Shown: positions 15,001-29,960, numbered from the stretch's first letter. The stretch is 64,000 nt of DNA from Eledone cirrhosa (GCA_964016885.1 OZ024742.1:2046001-2110000); one strand, 5' to 3'. Numbers and translations are program-made. The notes: a model not told the origin generated them from the sequence alone.

Positions 15001-18000
15001 TTGATCTTTTAGAAATAGCAGTCAAATACCCACATTTACAACAACTTCTTCCTGAACCATGAACTACCTGGTAGGTTGATCTTTTAGAAATAGCAGTCAA
15101 ATACCCACATATACAACAGCTTCTTCTTGTACCAAGAACTAGCTGGTAGGTTGATCTTTTAGAATTAGCAGTCAAATACCCACATTTACAACAGCTTCTT
15201 CCTGTACCAAGAACTAGCTGGTAGGTTGATCTTTTAGAAATAGCAGTCAAATACCCACATTTACAACAGCTTCTTCCTGTACCAAGAACTAGCTGGTAGG
15301 TTGATCTTTTAGAAATAGCAGTCAAATACCCACATTTACAAGAGCTTCTTCTTGTACCAAGAACTAGCTGGTAGGTTGATGTTTTAGAAATAGCAGTCAA
15401 ATACCCACATTTACAACAGCTTCTTCTTGTACCAAGAACTAACTGGTAGGTTGATCTTTTAGAAATAGCAGTCAAATACCCACATTTACAACATCTTCTT
15501 CCTGTACCAAGAACTAGCTGGTAGGTTGATCTTTTAGAGATAGCAGTCAAATACCCACATTTACAACACCTTCTTCTCGTACCAAGAACTACCTGGTAGG
15601 TTGATCTTTTAGAAATAGCAGTCAAATAATCACACTTACAACAGCTTCTTCCTGTACCAAGAACTAGCTGGTAGGTTGATCTTTTAGAAATAGCAGTCAA
15701 ATACCCACATTTATAAGAGCTTCTTCCTGTACCATGAACTATCTGGTAGGTTGATGTTTTAGAAATAGCAGTCAAATACCCACATTTACAATAGCTTCTT
15801 CCTGTACCAAAACTACCTGGTAGGTTGATCTTTTAGAAATAGCAGTCAAATACCCACATTTACAACAGCTTCGTCCAGTAGTACAAACCACCTGGTAGGT
15901 TGATCTTTAGAAATAGCAGTCAAATACTCACATTTACAACAACTTCTTCCTGAACCATGAACTACCTGGTAGGTTGATCTTTTAGAAATAGCAGTCAAAT
16001 ACCCACATTTACAACAGCTTTTTCCTGTACCAAGAACTAGGTGGTAGGTTGATCTTTTAGAAATAGCAGTCAAATACCCACATTTACAACAGCTTCTTCC
16101 TGTAGCAAGAACTACCTGGTAGGTTGATCTTTTAGAAATGGCAGTCAAATACCCACATTTACAACAGCTTCTTCCTGTAGCAAGAACTACCTGGTAGGTT
16201 GATCTTTTAGAAATGGCAGTCAAATACCCACATTTACAACAGCTTCTTCCTGTACCAAGAACTAGCTGGTTGGTTGATCTTTTAGAAATAGCAGTCAAAT
16301 ACCCACATTTACAACAGCTTCTTCCTGTACCAAGAACTAGCTGGTAGGTTGATCTTTTAGAAATAGCAGTCAAATACCCACATTTACAACAGCTTCTTCC
16401 TGTAGCATGAACTACCTGGTAGGTTGATGTTTTAGAAATAGCAGTCAAATACCCACATTTACAACAGCTTCTTCCTGTACCATGAACCACCTGGTAGGTT
16501 GATCTTTTAGAAATAGCCGTCAAATACCCACATTTACAACAGCTTCTTCCTGTACCAAGAACTACCTGGTAGGTTGATCTTTTAGAAATAGCAGTCAAAT
16601 ACCCACATTTACAACAGCTTCTTCTTGTACCAAGAACTAGCTAGTAGGTTGATCTTTTAGAAATAGCCGTCAAATACCCACATTTACAACAGCTTCCTCC
16701 TGTACCATGAACCACCTGGTAGGTTGATCTTTTAGAAATAGCCGTCAAATACCCACATTTACAACAGCTTCTTCCTGTACCAAGAACTACCTGGTAGGTT
16801 GATCTTTTAGAAATAGCTGTCAAATACCCACATTTACAACAGCTTCTTCTTGTACCAAGAACTAGCTGGTAGGTTGATCTTTTAGAAATAGCCGTCAAAT
16901 ACCCACATTTACAACAGCTTCTTCCTGTACCAAGAACTAGCTGGTTGGTTGATCTTTTAGAAATAGCAGTCAAATACCCATATTTACAACAGCTTCTTCC
17001 TGTACCAAGAACTAGCTGGTAGGTTGATCTTTTAGAAATAGCAGTCAAATACCCACATTTAAAACAGCTTCTTCCTGTACCAAGAACTAGCTGGTTGGTT
17101 GATATTTTAGAAATAGCAGTCAAATACCCACATTTACAACAGCTTCTTATTGTACCAAGAACTACCTGGTAGGTTGATCTTTTAGAAATAGCAGTCAAAT
17201 ACCCACATTTACAACAACTTCTTCTTGTACCAAGGACTAGCTGGTAGGTTGATCTTTTAGAAATAGCAGTCAAATACCCACATTTACAACAACTTCTTCC
17301 TGAACCATGAACGACCTGGTAGGTTGATCTTTTAGAAATGGCAGTCAAATACCCACATTTACAACAGCTTCTTCTTGTACCAGGAACTAGCTGGTAAGTT
17401 GATCTTTTAGAAATAGCAGTCAAATACCCACATTTACAAGAGCTTCTTCCTGTACCAAGAACTACCTGGTAGGTTGATCTTTAGAAATAGCAGTCAAATA
17501 CCCACATTTACAACATCTTCTTCTTGTACCAAGAACTATGTGGTAGGTTGATCTTTTAGAAATAGCAGTCAAATACCCACATTTACAATAGCTTCTACCT
17601 GTACCAAGAACTACCTGGTAGGTTGATCTTTAGAAATAGCAGTCAAATACCCACATTTACAACAACTTCTTCCTGAACCATGAACGACCTGGTAGGTTGA
17701 TCTTTTAGAAATGGCAGTCAAATACCCACATTTACAACAGCTTCTTCTTGTACCAGGAACTAGCTGGTAAGTTGATCTTTTAGAAATAGCAGTCAAATAC
17801 CCACATTTACAAGAGCTTCTTCCTGTACCAAGAACTACCTGGTAGGTTGATCTTTAGAAATAGCAGTCAAATACCCACATTTACAACATCTTCTTCTTGT
17901 ACCAAGAACTATGTGGTAGGTTGATCTTTTAGAAATAGCAGTCAAATACCCACATTTACAATAGCTTCTACCTGTACCAAGAACTACCTGGTAGGTTGAT

Positions 18001-21000
18001 CTTTAGAAATAGCAGTCAAATACCCACATTTACAACAACTTCTTCCTGAACCATGAACTACCTGGTAGGTTGATCTTTTAGAAATAGCAGTCAAATACCC
18101 ACATATACAACAGCTTCTTCTTGTACCAAGAACTAGCTGGTAGGTTGATCTTTTAGAAATAGCAGTCAAATACCCACATTTACAACAGCTTCTTCCTGTA
18201 CCAAGAACTAGCTGGTAGGTTGATCTTTTAGAAATAGCAGTCAAATACCCACATTTACAACAGCTTCTTCCTGTACCAAGAACTAGCTGGTAGGTTGATC
18301 TTTTAGAAATAGCAGTCAAATACCCACATTTACAAGAGCTTCTTCTTGTACCAAGAACTAGCTGGTAGGTTGATGTTTTAGAAATAGCAGTCAAATACCC
18401 ACATTTACAACAGCTTCTTCTTGTACCAAGAACTAACTGGTAGGTTGATCTTTTAGAAATAGCAGTCAAATACCCACATTTACAACAGCTTCTTCCTGTA
18501 CCAAGAACTAGCTGGTAGGTTGATCTTTTAGAGATAGCAGTCAAATACCCACATTTACAACACCTTCTTCTCGTACCAAGAACTACCTGGTAGGTTGATC
18601 TTTTAGAAATAGCAGTCAAATAATCACACTTACAACAGCTTCTTCCTGTACCAAGAACTAGCTGGTAGGTTGATCTTTTAGAAATAGCAGTCAAATACCC
18701 ACATTTACAAGAGCTTCTTCCTGTACCATGAACTACCTGGTAGGTTGATGTTTTAGAAATAGCAGTCAAATACCCACATTTACAATAGCTTCTTCCTGTA
18801 CCAAGAACTACCTGGTAGGTTGATCTTTTAGAAATAGCAGTCAAATACCCACATTTACAACAGCTTCGTCCAGTAGTACAAACCACCTGGTAGGTTGATC
18901 TTTAGAAATAGCAGTCAAATACTCACATTTATAACAACTTCTTCCTGAACCATGAACTACCTGGTAGGTTGATCTTTTAGAAATAGCAGTCAAATACCCA
19001 CATTTACAACAGCTTTTTCCTGTACCAAGAACTAGCTGGTAGGTTGATCTTTTAGAAATAGCAGTCAAATACCCACATTTACAACAGCTTCTTCCTGTAG
19101 CAAGAACTACCTGGTAGGTTGATCTTTTAGAAATGGCAGTCAAATACCCACATTTACAACAGCTTCTTCCTGTACCAAGAACTAGCTGGTAGGTTGATCT
19201 TTTAGAAATAGCAGTCAAATACCCACATTTACAACAGCTTCTTCCTGTAGCAAGAACTACCTGGTAGGTTGATCTTTTAGAAATGGCAGTCAAATACCCA
19301 CATTTACAACAGCTTCTTCCTGTAGCAAGAACTAGCTGGTAGGTTGATCTTTTAGAAATAGCCGTCAAATACCCACATTTACAACAGCTTCTTCCTGTAC
19401 CAAGAACTAGCTGGTTTGTTGATCTTTTAGAAATAGCAGTCAAATACCCACATTTACAACAGCTTCTTCTTGTACCAAGAACTAGCTGGTAGGTTGATCT
19501 TTTAGAAATAGCCGTCAAATACCCACATTTACAACAGCTTCTTCCTGTACCATGAACCACCTGGTAGGTTGATCTTTTAGAAATAGCCGTCAAATACCCA
19601 CATTTACAACAGCTTCTTCCTGTACCAAGAACTACCTGGTAGGTTGATCTTTTAGAAATAGCAGTCAAATACCCACATTTACAACAGCTTCTTCTTGTAC
19701 CAAGAACTAGCTGGTAGGTTGATCTTTTAGAAATAGCCGTCAAATACCCACATTTACAACAGCTTCTTCCTGTACCAAGAACTAGCTGGTTGGTTGATCT
19801 TTTAGAAATAGCAGTCAAATACCCACATTTACAACAGCTTCTTCCTGTACCAAGAACTAGCTGGTATGTTGATCTTTTAGAAATAGCAATCAAATACCCA
19901 CATTTACAACAGCTTCTTCCTGTACCAAGAACTAGCTGGTTGGTTGATATTTTAGAAATAGCAGTCAAATACCCACATTTACAACAGCTTCTTATTGTAC
20001 CAAGAACTACCTGGTAGGTTGATCTTTTAGAAATAGCAGTCAAATACCCACATTTACAACAACTTCTTCTTGTACCAAGGACTAGCTGGTAGGTTGATCT
20101 TTTAGAAATAGCAGTGAAATACCCACATTTACAACAGCTTCTTCTTGTACCAAGAACTAGCTGGTAGGTTGATCTTTTAGAAATAGCAGTCAAATACCCA
20201 CATTTACAACAACTTCTTCCTGAACCATGAACTACCTGGTAGGTTGATCTTTTAAAAATAGCAGTCAAATACCCACATTTACAACAGCTTCTTCTTGTAC
20301 CAAGAACTAGCTGGTAGGTTGATCTTTTAGAAATAGCAGTCAAATACCCACATTTACAACAGCTTCTTCTTGTACCAAGAACTACCTGGTAGGTTGATCT
20401 TTTAGAAATAGCAGTCAAATACCCACATTTACAACAGCTTCTTCTTGTACCAAGAACTAGCTGGTAGGTTGATCTTTTAGAAATAGCAGTCAAATACCCA
20501 CATTTACAACAGCTTCTTCCTGTACCAAGAACTAGCTGGTAGGTTGATCTTTTAGAAATAGCAGTCAAATACCCACATTTACAACAGCTTCTTCCTGTAC
20601 CAAGAACTAGCTGGTAGGTTCATCTTTTAGAAATAGCAGTCAAATACCCACATTTACAAAAGCTTCTTCTTGTACCAAGAACTAGCTGGTAGGTTGATCT
20701 TTTAGAAATAGCAGTCAAATACCCACATTTACAACAACTTCTTCCTGTACCAAGAACTAGCTGGTAGGTTGATCTTTTAGAAATAGCAGTCAAATACCCA
20801 CATTTACAACAGCTTCTTCTTGTACCAAGAACTAGCTGGTAGGTTGATCTTTTAGAAATAGCAGTCAAATACCCACATTTACAACAGCTTCTTCTTGTAC
20901 CAAGAACTAGCTGGTAGGTTGATCTTTTAGAAATAGCAGTCAAATACCCACATTTACAACAGCTTCTTCCTGTACCAAGAACTAGCTGGTACGTTCATCT

Positions 21001-24000
21001 TTTAGAAATAGCAGTCAAATACCCACATTTACAACAGCTTCCTACTGTACCATGAACTACCTGGTAGGTTGATCTTTTAGAAATAGCAGTCAAATACCCA
21101 CATTTACAACAGCTTCTTACTGTACCAAGAACTACCTGGTAGGTTGATCTTTTAGAAATAGCAGTCAAATACCCACATTTACAACGGCTTCTTACTGTAC
21201 CAAGAACTACCTGGTAGGTTGATCTTTTAGAAATAACAGTCAAATACCCACATTTACAACAGCTTCTTCCTGTACCAAGAACTAGCTGGTAGGTTGATCT
21301 TTTAGAAATAGCAGTCAAATACCCACATTTACAACAGCTTCTTCTTGTACCAAGAACTAGCTAGTAGGTTGATCTTTTAGAAATAGCAGTCAAATACCCA
21401 CATTTACAAGAGCTTCTTCTTGTACCAAGAACTAGCTGGTAGGTTGATGTTTTAGAAATAGCAGTCAAATACCCACATTTACAACAGCTTCTTCTTGTAC
21501 CAAGAACTAGCTGGTAGGTTGATCTTTTAGAAATAGCAGTCAAATACCCACATTTACAACAGCTTCTTCCTGTACCAAGAACTAGCTGGTAGGTTGATCT
21601 TTTAGAAATAGCAGTCAAATACCCACATTTACAAGAGCTTCTTCCTGTACCAAGAACTACCTGGTAGGTTGATCTTTTAGAAATAGCAGTCAAATACCCA
21701 CATTTACAACAGCTTCTTCCTGTACCAAGATCTAGCTGGTAGGTTGATCTTTAGAAATAGCAGTCAAATACCCACATTTACAACAACTTCTTACTGAACC
21801 ATGAACTACCTGGTAGGTTGATCTTTTAGAAATAGCAGTCAAATACCCACATTTACAACAGCTTCTTGTACCCAGAACTATCTGGTAGGTTGATCTTTAA
21901 GAAATAGCAGTCAAATACCCACATTTACAACAGCTTCTTCCTGTTCCAAGAACTAGCCAGTAGGTTGATCTTTTAGAAATAGCAGTCAAATACCCACATT
22001 TACAACAGCTTCTTCCTGTACCAAGAACTAGCTGGTAGGTTGATCTTTTAGAAATAGCAGTCAAATACCCACATTTACAACAGCTTCTTCCTGTAGCAAG
22101 AACTACTTGGTAGGTTGATGTTTTAGAAATAGCAGTCAAATACCCACATTTACAACAGCTTCTTCTTGTACCAAGAACCACCTGGTAGGTTGATCTTTTA
22201 GAAATAGCAGTCAAATACCCACATTTACAACAGCTTCTTCCTGTACCAAGAACTACCTGGTAGGTTGATCTTTTAGAAATGGCAGTCAAATACCCACATT
22301 TACAACAGCTTCTTGTACCAAGAACTAGCTGGTAGGTTGATCTTTTAGAAATAGCAGTCAAATACCCACATTTACAACAGCTTCTTCCTGTACCAAGAAC
22401 TAGCTGGTAGGTTGATCTTTTTGAAATAGCAGTCAAATACCCACATGTACAACAGCTTCTTCCTGTACCAAGAACTAGCTGGTAGGTTGATCTTTTAGAA
22501 ATAGCAGTCAAATACCCACATTTACAACAGCTTCTTCATGTACCAAGAACTACCTGGTAGGTTGAACTTTTAGAAATAGCAGTCAAATACCCACATTTAC
22601 AACAGCTTCTTCCTCTAGTACAAATTACCTGGTAGGTTGATCTTTTAGAAATAGCAGTCAAATACCCACATTTACAACAGCTTCTTCTTGTACCAAGAAC
22701 CACCTGGTAGGTTGATGTTTTAGAAATAGCAGTCAAATACCCACATTTACAACAGCTTCATCCTGTACCATGAACTACCTGGTAGGTTGATCTTTTAGAA
22801 ATGGCAGTCAAATACCCACATTTACAACAGCTTCTACCTGTACCAAGAACTACCTGGTAGATTGATCTTTTAGAAATAGCAGTCAAATACCCACATTTAC
22901 AACAGCTTCTTCTTGTACCAAGAACTAGCTGGTAGGTTGATCTTTTAGAAATAGCAGTCAAATACCCACATTTACAACAGCTTCATCCTGTACCATGAAC
23001 TACCTGGTAGGTTGATCTTTTAGAAATGGCAGTCAAATACCCACATTTACAACAGCTTCTTCCTGTTCCAAGAACTACCTGGTAGATTGATCTTTTAGAA
23101 ATAGCAGTCAAATACCCACATTTACAACAGCTTCTTCATGTACCAAGAACTAGCTGGTAGGTTGATCTTTTAGAAATAGCAGTCAAATACCCACATTTAC
23201 AAGAGCTTCTTCCTGTACCAAGAACTACCTGGTAGATTGATCTTTTAGAAATAGCAGTCAAATACCCACATTTACAACAGCTTCTTCCTGTACCAAGAAC
23301 TACCTGGTAGATTGATCTTTTAGAAATAGCAGTCAAATACCCACCTTTACAACAGCTTCTTCCTGTACCAAGAACTACCTGGTAGATTGATCTTTTAGAA
23401 ATAGCAGTCAAGTACCCACATTTACAACAGCTTCTTCCTGTACCAAGAACTAGCTGGTAGGTTGATCTTTTAGAAATAGCAGTCAAATACCCACATTTAC
23501 AACAGCTTCTTCCTGTACCAAGAACTAGCTGGTAGGTTGATCTTTTAGAAATAGCAGTCAAATACCCACCTTTACAACAGCTTCTTCCTGTACCAAGAAC
23601 TACCTGGTAGGTTGATCTTTTAGAAATAGCAGTCAAATACCCACATTTACAACAGCTTCTTCCTGTACCATGAACCACCTGGTAGGTTGATGTTTTAGAA
23701 ATAGCAGTCAAATACCCACATTTATAACAGCTTCTTCCTGTACCATGAACCACCTGGTAGGTTGATGTTTTAGAAATAGCAGTCAAATACCCACATTTAC
23801 AACAGCTTCTTCTTGTACCAAGAACCACCTGGTAGGTTGATCTTTTAGAAATAGCAGTCAAATACCCACATTTACAACAGCTTCTTCCTGTAGCATGAAC
23901 TACCTGGTACGTTGATCTTTTAGAAATAGCAGTCAAATACCCACATTTACAACAGCTTCTTCCTGTAGCATGAACTACCTGGTAGGTTGATCTTTTAGAA

Positions 24001-27000
24001 ATAGCAGTCAAATACCCACATTTACAACAGCTTCTTCCTGTAGCATGAACTACCTGGTACGTTGATCTTTTAGAAATAGCAGTCAAATACCCACATTTAC
24101 AACAGCTTCTTCCTGTAGCATGAACTACCTGGTACGTTGATCGTTTAGAAATAGCAGTCAAATACCCACATTTACAACAGCTTCTTCCTGTAGCATGAAC
24201 TAGGTGGTTGGTTGATCTTTTAGAAATAGCAGTCAAATACCCACATTTACAACAGCTTCTTCCTGTACCAAGAACTACCTGGTAGGTTGATCTTTTAGAT
24301 ATAGCAGTCAAATACTCACATTTACAACAGCTTCTTCTTGTACCAAGAACTAGCTGGTAGGTTGATCTTTTAGAAATAGCAGTCAAATACCCACATTTAC
24401 AACAGCTTCTTCCTGTACCAAGAACTAGCTGGTAGGTTGATCTTTTTGAAATAGCAGTCAAATACCCACATTTACAACAGCTTTTTCCTGTACCAAGAAC
24501 TAGCTGGTAGGTTGATCTTTTAGAAATAGCAGTCAAATACCCACATTTACAAGAGCTTCTTCCTGTACCAAGAACTACCTGGTAGGTTGATGTCTTAGAA
24601 ATAGCAGTCAAATACCCACATTTACAACAGCTTCTTCTTGTACCAAGAACTAGCTGGTAGGTTGATCTTTTAGAAATAGCAGTCAAATACCCACATTTAC
24701 AACAGCTTCTTCCAGTACCAAGAACTAGCTGGTAGGTTCATCTTTTAGAAATAGCAGTCAAATACCCACATTTACAACAGCTTCTTCCTGTACCAAGAAC
24801 TAGCTGGTAGGTTCATCTTTTAGAAATAGCAGTCAAATACCCACATTTACAACAGCTTCTTCCAGTACCAAGAACTAGCTGGTAGGTTCATCTTTTAGAA
24901 ATAGCAGTCAAATACCCACATTTACAACAGCTTCTTCCAGTACCAAGAACTAGCTGGTAGGTTCATCTTTTAGAAATAGCAGTCAAATCCCCACATTTAC
25001 ATCAGCTTCTTCCAGTACCAAGAACTAGCTGGTAGGTTCATCTTTTAGAAATAGCAGTCAAATACCTACATTTACAACAGCTTCTTCTTGTACCAAGAAC
25101 TAGCTGGTAGGTTGATCTTTTAGAAATAGCAGTCAAATACCCACATTTACAACAGCTTCTTCCAGTACCAAGAACTAGCTGGTAGGTTCATCTTTTAGAA
25201 ATAGCAGTCAAATACCCACATTTACAACAGCTTCTTCCTGTACCAAGAACTAGCTGGTAGGTTCATCTTTTAGAAATAGCAGTCAAATACCCACATTTAC
25301 GACAGCTTCTTCCAGTACCAAGAACTAGCTGGTAGGTTCATCTTTTAGAAATAGCAATCAAATACCCACATTTACAACAGCTTCTTCCAGTACCAAGAAC
25401 TAGCTGGTAGGTTCATCTTTTAGAAATAGCAGTCAAATACCCACATTTACAACAGCTTCTTCCAGTACCAAGAACTAGCTGGTAGGTTCATCTTTTAGAA
25501 ATAGCAGTTAAATACCCACATTTACAACAGCTTCGTTCTGTAGTACAAACCACCTGGTAGGTTGATCTTTTAGAAATAGCAGTCAAATACCCACATTTTC
25601 AACAGCTTCTTCCTGTACCAAGAACTAGCTGGTAGGTTGATCTTTTAGAAATAGCAGTCAAATATCCAGATTTACAACAGCTTCTTCCTGTACCAAGAAC
25701 CACCTGGTAGGTTGATCTTTTAGAAATAGCAGTCAAATACCCACATTTACAACAGCTTCTTCCTGTACCAAGAACTACCTGGTAGGTTGATATTTTAGAA
25801 ATAGCAGTCAAATACCCACATTTACAACAGCTTCTTCCTGTACCCAGAACTACCTGGTTGGTTGATCTTTTAGAAATAGCAGTCAAATACCCACATTTAC
25901 AACAGCTTCTTCTTGTACCAAGAACCACCTGGTAGGTTGATCTTTTAGAAATAGCAGTCAAATACCCACATTTACAACAGCTTCTTCCTGTACCAAGAAC
26001 TAGCTGGTAGGTTGATCTTTTAGAAATAGCAGTCAAATATCCAGATTTACAACAGCTTCTTCCTGTACCAAGAACCACCTGGTAGGTTGATCTTTTAGAA
26101 ATAGCAGTCAAATACCCACATTTACAACAGCTTCTTCCTGTACCAAGAACTAGCTGGTAGGTTGATCTTTTAGAAATAGCAGTCAAATACCCACATTTAC
26201 AACAGCTTCTTCCTGTACCAAGAACTAGCTGGTAGGTTGATCTTTTAGAAATAGCAGTCAAATACCCAGATTTACAACAGCTTCTTCCTGTACCAAGAAC
26301 CACCTGGTAGGTTGATCTTTTAGAAATAGCAGTCAAATACCCACATTTACAACAGCTTCTTCCTGTACCAAGAACTAGCTGGTAGGTTGATCTTTTAGAA
26401 ATAGCAGTCAAATACCCACATTTACAACAGCTTCTTCCTGTACCAAGAACCACCTGGTAGGTTGATCTTTTAGAAATAGCAGTCAAATACCCACATTTAC
26501 AACAGCTTCTTCTTGTACCAAGAACTAGCTGGTAGGTTGAACTTTTAGAAATAGCAGTCAAATACCCACATTTACAACAGCTTCTTCTTGTACCAAGAAC
26601 TAGCTGGTAGGTTGAACTTTTAGAAATAGCAGTCAAATACCCACATTTACAACAGCTTCTTCCTGTACCAAGAACCACCTGGTAGGTTGATCTTTTAGAA
26701 ATAGCAGTCAAATACCCACACTTACAACAGCTTCTTCTTGTACCAAGAACTAGCTGGTAGGTTGATCTTTTAGAAATAGCAGTCAAATACCCACATTTAC
26801 AAGAGCTTCTTCCTGTACCAAGAACTACCTGGTAGGTTGATCTTTTAGAAATAGCAGTCAAATACCCACATTTACAACAGCTTCTTCCTGTACCAAGAAC
26901 TAGCTGGTAGGTTGATCTTTTAGAAATAGCAGTCAAATACCCACATTTGCAACAGCTTCTTCCTGTACCAAGAACTAGCTGGTAGGTTGATCTTTTAGAA

Positions 27001-29330
27001 ATAGCAGTCAAATACCCACATTTACAACAGCTTCTTCCAGTACCAAGAACTAGCTGGTAGGTTGATCTTTTAGAAATAGCAGTCAAATACCCACATTTAC
27101 AACAGCTTCGTTCTGTAGTACAAACCACCTGGTAGGTTGATCTTTTAGAAATAGCAGTCAAATACCCACATCTACAACAACTTCTTCCTGAACCATGAAC
27201 TACCTGGTAGGTTGATCTTTTAGAAATGGCAGTCAAATACCCACATTTACAACAGCTTCTTGTACCAAGAACTAGCTGGTAGGTTGATCTTTTAGAAATA
27301 GCAGTCAAATACCCACATTTACAACAGCTTCTTCCTGTACCAAGAACTAGCTGGTTGGTTGATCTTTTAGAAATAGCAGTCAAATACCCACATTTACAAC
27401 AGCTTCTTCCTGTACCAAGAACTAGCTTGTTGGTTGATCTTTTAGAAATAGCAGTCAAATACCCACATTTACAACAGCTTCTTCCTGTACCATGAACTAC
27501 CTGGTAGGTTGATCTTTTAGAAATAGCAGTCAAATACCCACATTTACAACAGCTTCTTCCTGTACCAAGAACTAGCTGGTTGGTTGATCTTTTAGAAATA
27601 GCAGTCAAATACCCACATTTACAACAGCTTCTTCCTGTACCATGAACTAGCTGGTAGGTTGATCTTTTAGAAATAGCAGTCAAATACCCACATTTACAAC
27701 AGCTTCGTTCTGTAGTACAAACCACCTGGTAGGTTGATGTTTTAGAAATAGCAGTCAAATACCAACATTTACAACAACTTCTTCCTGAACCATGAACTAC
27801 CTGGTAGGTTGATCTTTTAGAAATAGCAGTCAAATACCCACATTTACAACAGCTTCTTCCTGTACCAAGAACTAGCTGGTAGGTTGATCTTTTAGAAATA
27901 GCAGTCAAATACCCACATTTACAACAGCTTCTTCCTGTACCAAGAACTAGCTGGTAGGTTGATCTTTTAGAAATTGCAGTCAAATACCCACATTTACAAC
28001 AGCTTCTTCCTGAACCATGAACCACCTGGTAGATTGATCTTTTAGAAATTGCAGTCAAATACCCACATTTACAACAGCTTCTTCCTGTACCAAGAACTAG
28101 CTGGTAGGTTGATCTTTTAGAAATAGCAGTCAAATACCCACATTTACAACAGCTTCTTCCTGTACCAAGAACTAGCTGGTAGGTTGATCTTTTAGAAATA
28201 GCAGTCAAATACCCACATTTACAACAGCTTCTTCCTGTACCAAGAACTAGCTGGTAGGTTGATCTTTTAGAAATAGCAGTCAAATACCCACATTTACAAC
28301 AGCTTCTTCCTGTACCAAGAACTAGCTGGTAGGTTGATCTTTTAGAAATTGCAGTCAAATACCCACATTTACAACAGCTTCTTCCTGTACCAAGAACTAG
28401 CTGGTAGGTTGATCTTTTAGAAATTGCAGTCAAATACCCACATTTACAACAGCTTCTTCCTGTACCAAGAACTAGCTGGTTGGTTGATCTTTTAGAAATT
28501 GCAGTCAAATACCCACATTTACAACAGCTTCTTCCTGTACCAAGAACTAGCTGGTAGGTTGATCTTTTAGAAATTGCAGTCAAATACCCACATTTACAAC
28601 AGCTTCTTCCTGTACCAAGAACTAGCTGGTAGGTTGATCTTTTAGAAATTGCAGTCAAATACCCACATTTACAACAGCTTCTTCCTGTACCAAGAACTAG
28701 CTGGTAGGTTGATCTTTTAGAAATTGCAGTCAAATACCCACATTTACAACAGCTTCTTCCTGTACCAAGAACTAGCTGGTAGGTTGATCTTTTAGAAATT
28801 GCAGTCAAATACCCACATTTACAACAGCTTCTTCCTGTACCAAGAACTAGCTGGTAGGTTGATCTTTTAGAAATTGCAGTCAAATACCCACATTTACAAC
28901 AGCTTCTTCCTGTACCAAGAACTAGCTGGTAGGTTGATCTTTTAGAAATAGCAGTCAAATACCCACATTTACAACAGCTTCTTCCTGTACCAAGAACTAG
29001 CTGGTAGGTTGATCTTTTAGAAATTGCAGTCAAATACCCACATTTACAACAGCTTCTTCCTGTACCAAGAACTAGCTGGTTGGTTGATCTTTTAGAAATT
29101 GCAGTCAAATACCCACATTTACAACAGCTTCTTCTTGTACCAAGAACTACCTGGTAGGTTGATGTTTTAGAAATAGCAGTCAAATACCCACATTTACAAC
29201 AGCTTCTTCCTGTACCATGAACTACCTGGTAGGTTGATCTTTTAGAAATAGCAGTCAAATACCCACATTTACAACAGCTTCTTCTTGTACCAAGAACTAC
29301 CTAGTAGGTTGATCTTTTAGAAATAGCAAT
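1..29330. repeat. 75-bp tandem satellite DNA array (~390 monomers), open at the left window edge
   Basis: Consensus ggtaggttgatcttttagaaatagcagtcaaatacccacatttacaacagcttcttcctgtaccaagaactagct recurs every 75 bp; occasional 72-76 bp variants; array ends at ~29330. Confidence 0.98.
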
Positions 29331-29799
29331 CACATCTTAAACCCCATCTACCCTTTCACAACTACATGCCTAATGAACTACACTCAATTAATGAAGAAGT
29401 TTGAGGAATTTACTAAAATTATTAAACATTTCATTACTAAGATAGTAACTTAAAGGAAGTTCTGATATAACATTGTTGGAAGATTTCAATTTAAATTGGA
29501 AACCTTTAAAATGGGTGGTTTTATTTCATAGAACCAGAACTGGTTTAGGCCGGGTTGGTAATAGAAGGGTTAATACCAACTGTCTTTAAAATGTTATAAG
29601 ATGCTGGAGATCCTTTACGTTTGACGAAAGCCCTGGACTGACTCTACTATTAAGACCAAAGAGGCAGCAGCTTCAGACAACAAGGGGTTGGGTTATTATT
29701 TGCTGTTTATTCTACGCCCTCCCCTACAGCTTAGCGATTGTACATTTAGAATTTAATAACAACTACACCGAAAGATTTCGTCACATTTATATAAGGGTT

Positions 29800-29960
29800 C
29801 TAAATTTAGACATAAGGTCAACCATTTTGTGGGCAAGAGGAAAGTCAATTATACTGACACCAATACATAACTGGTACTTTATTAGATCGACATTGACAGT
29901 CAAAGTTAACCTCAGTGGAATTTGAACTCAGATCATAAATGACCATCATTAAATGCTACA
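29800..29960 (-). mobile_element. degenerate tRNA-derived SINE
   Basis: ctggtactttatt...aaagttaacctcagtggaatttgaactc is the reverse complement of the SINE core at 41652 and 49485 (B-box gagttcaaat). Confidence 0.65.

Noticed and set aside
980-24686. Dozens of Cys-rich minus-strand ORFs
   Set aside because: Translations of a 75-bp satellite, starting at alternative codons such as TTG, with stop and frameshift variants freely amplified
1-29330. Hammerhead within the satellite monomer (GAAA...GUC), as in newt or schistosome satellites
   Set aside because: No CUGANGA on either strand and no supporting helices
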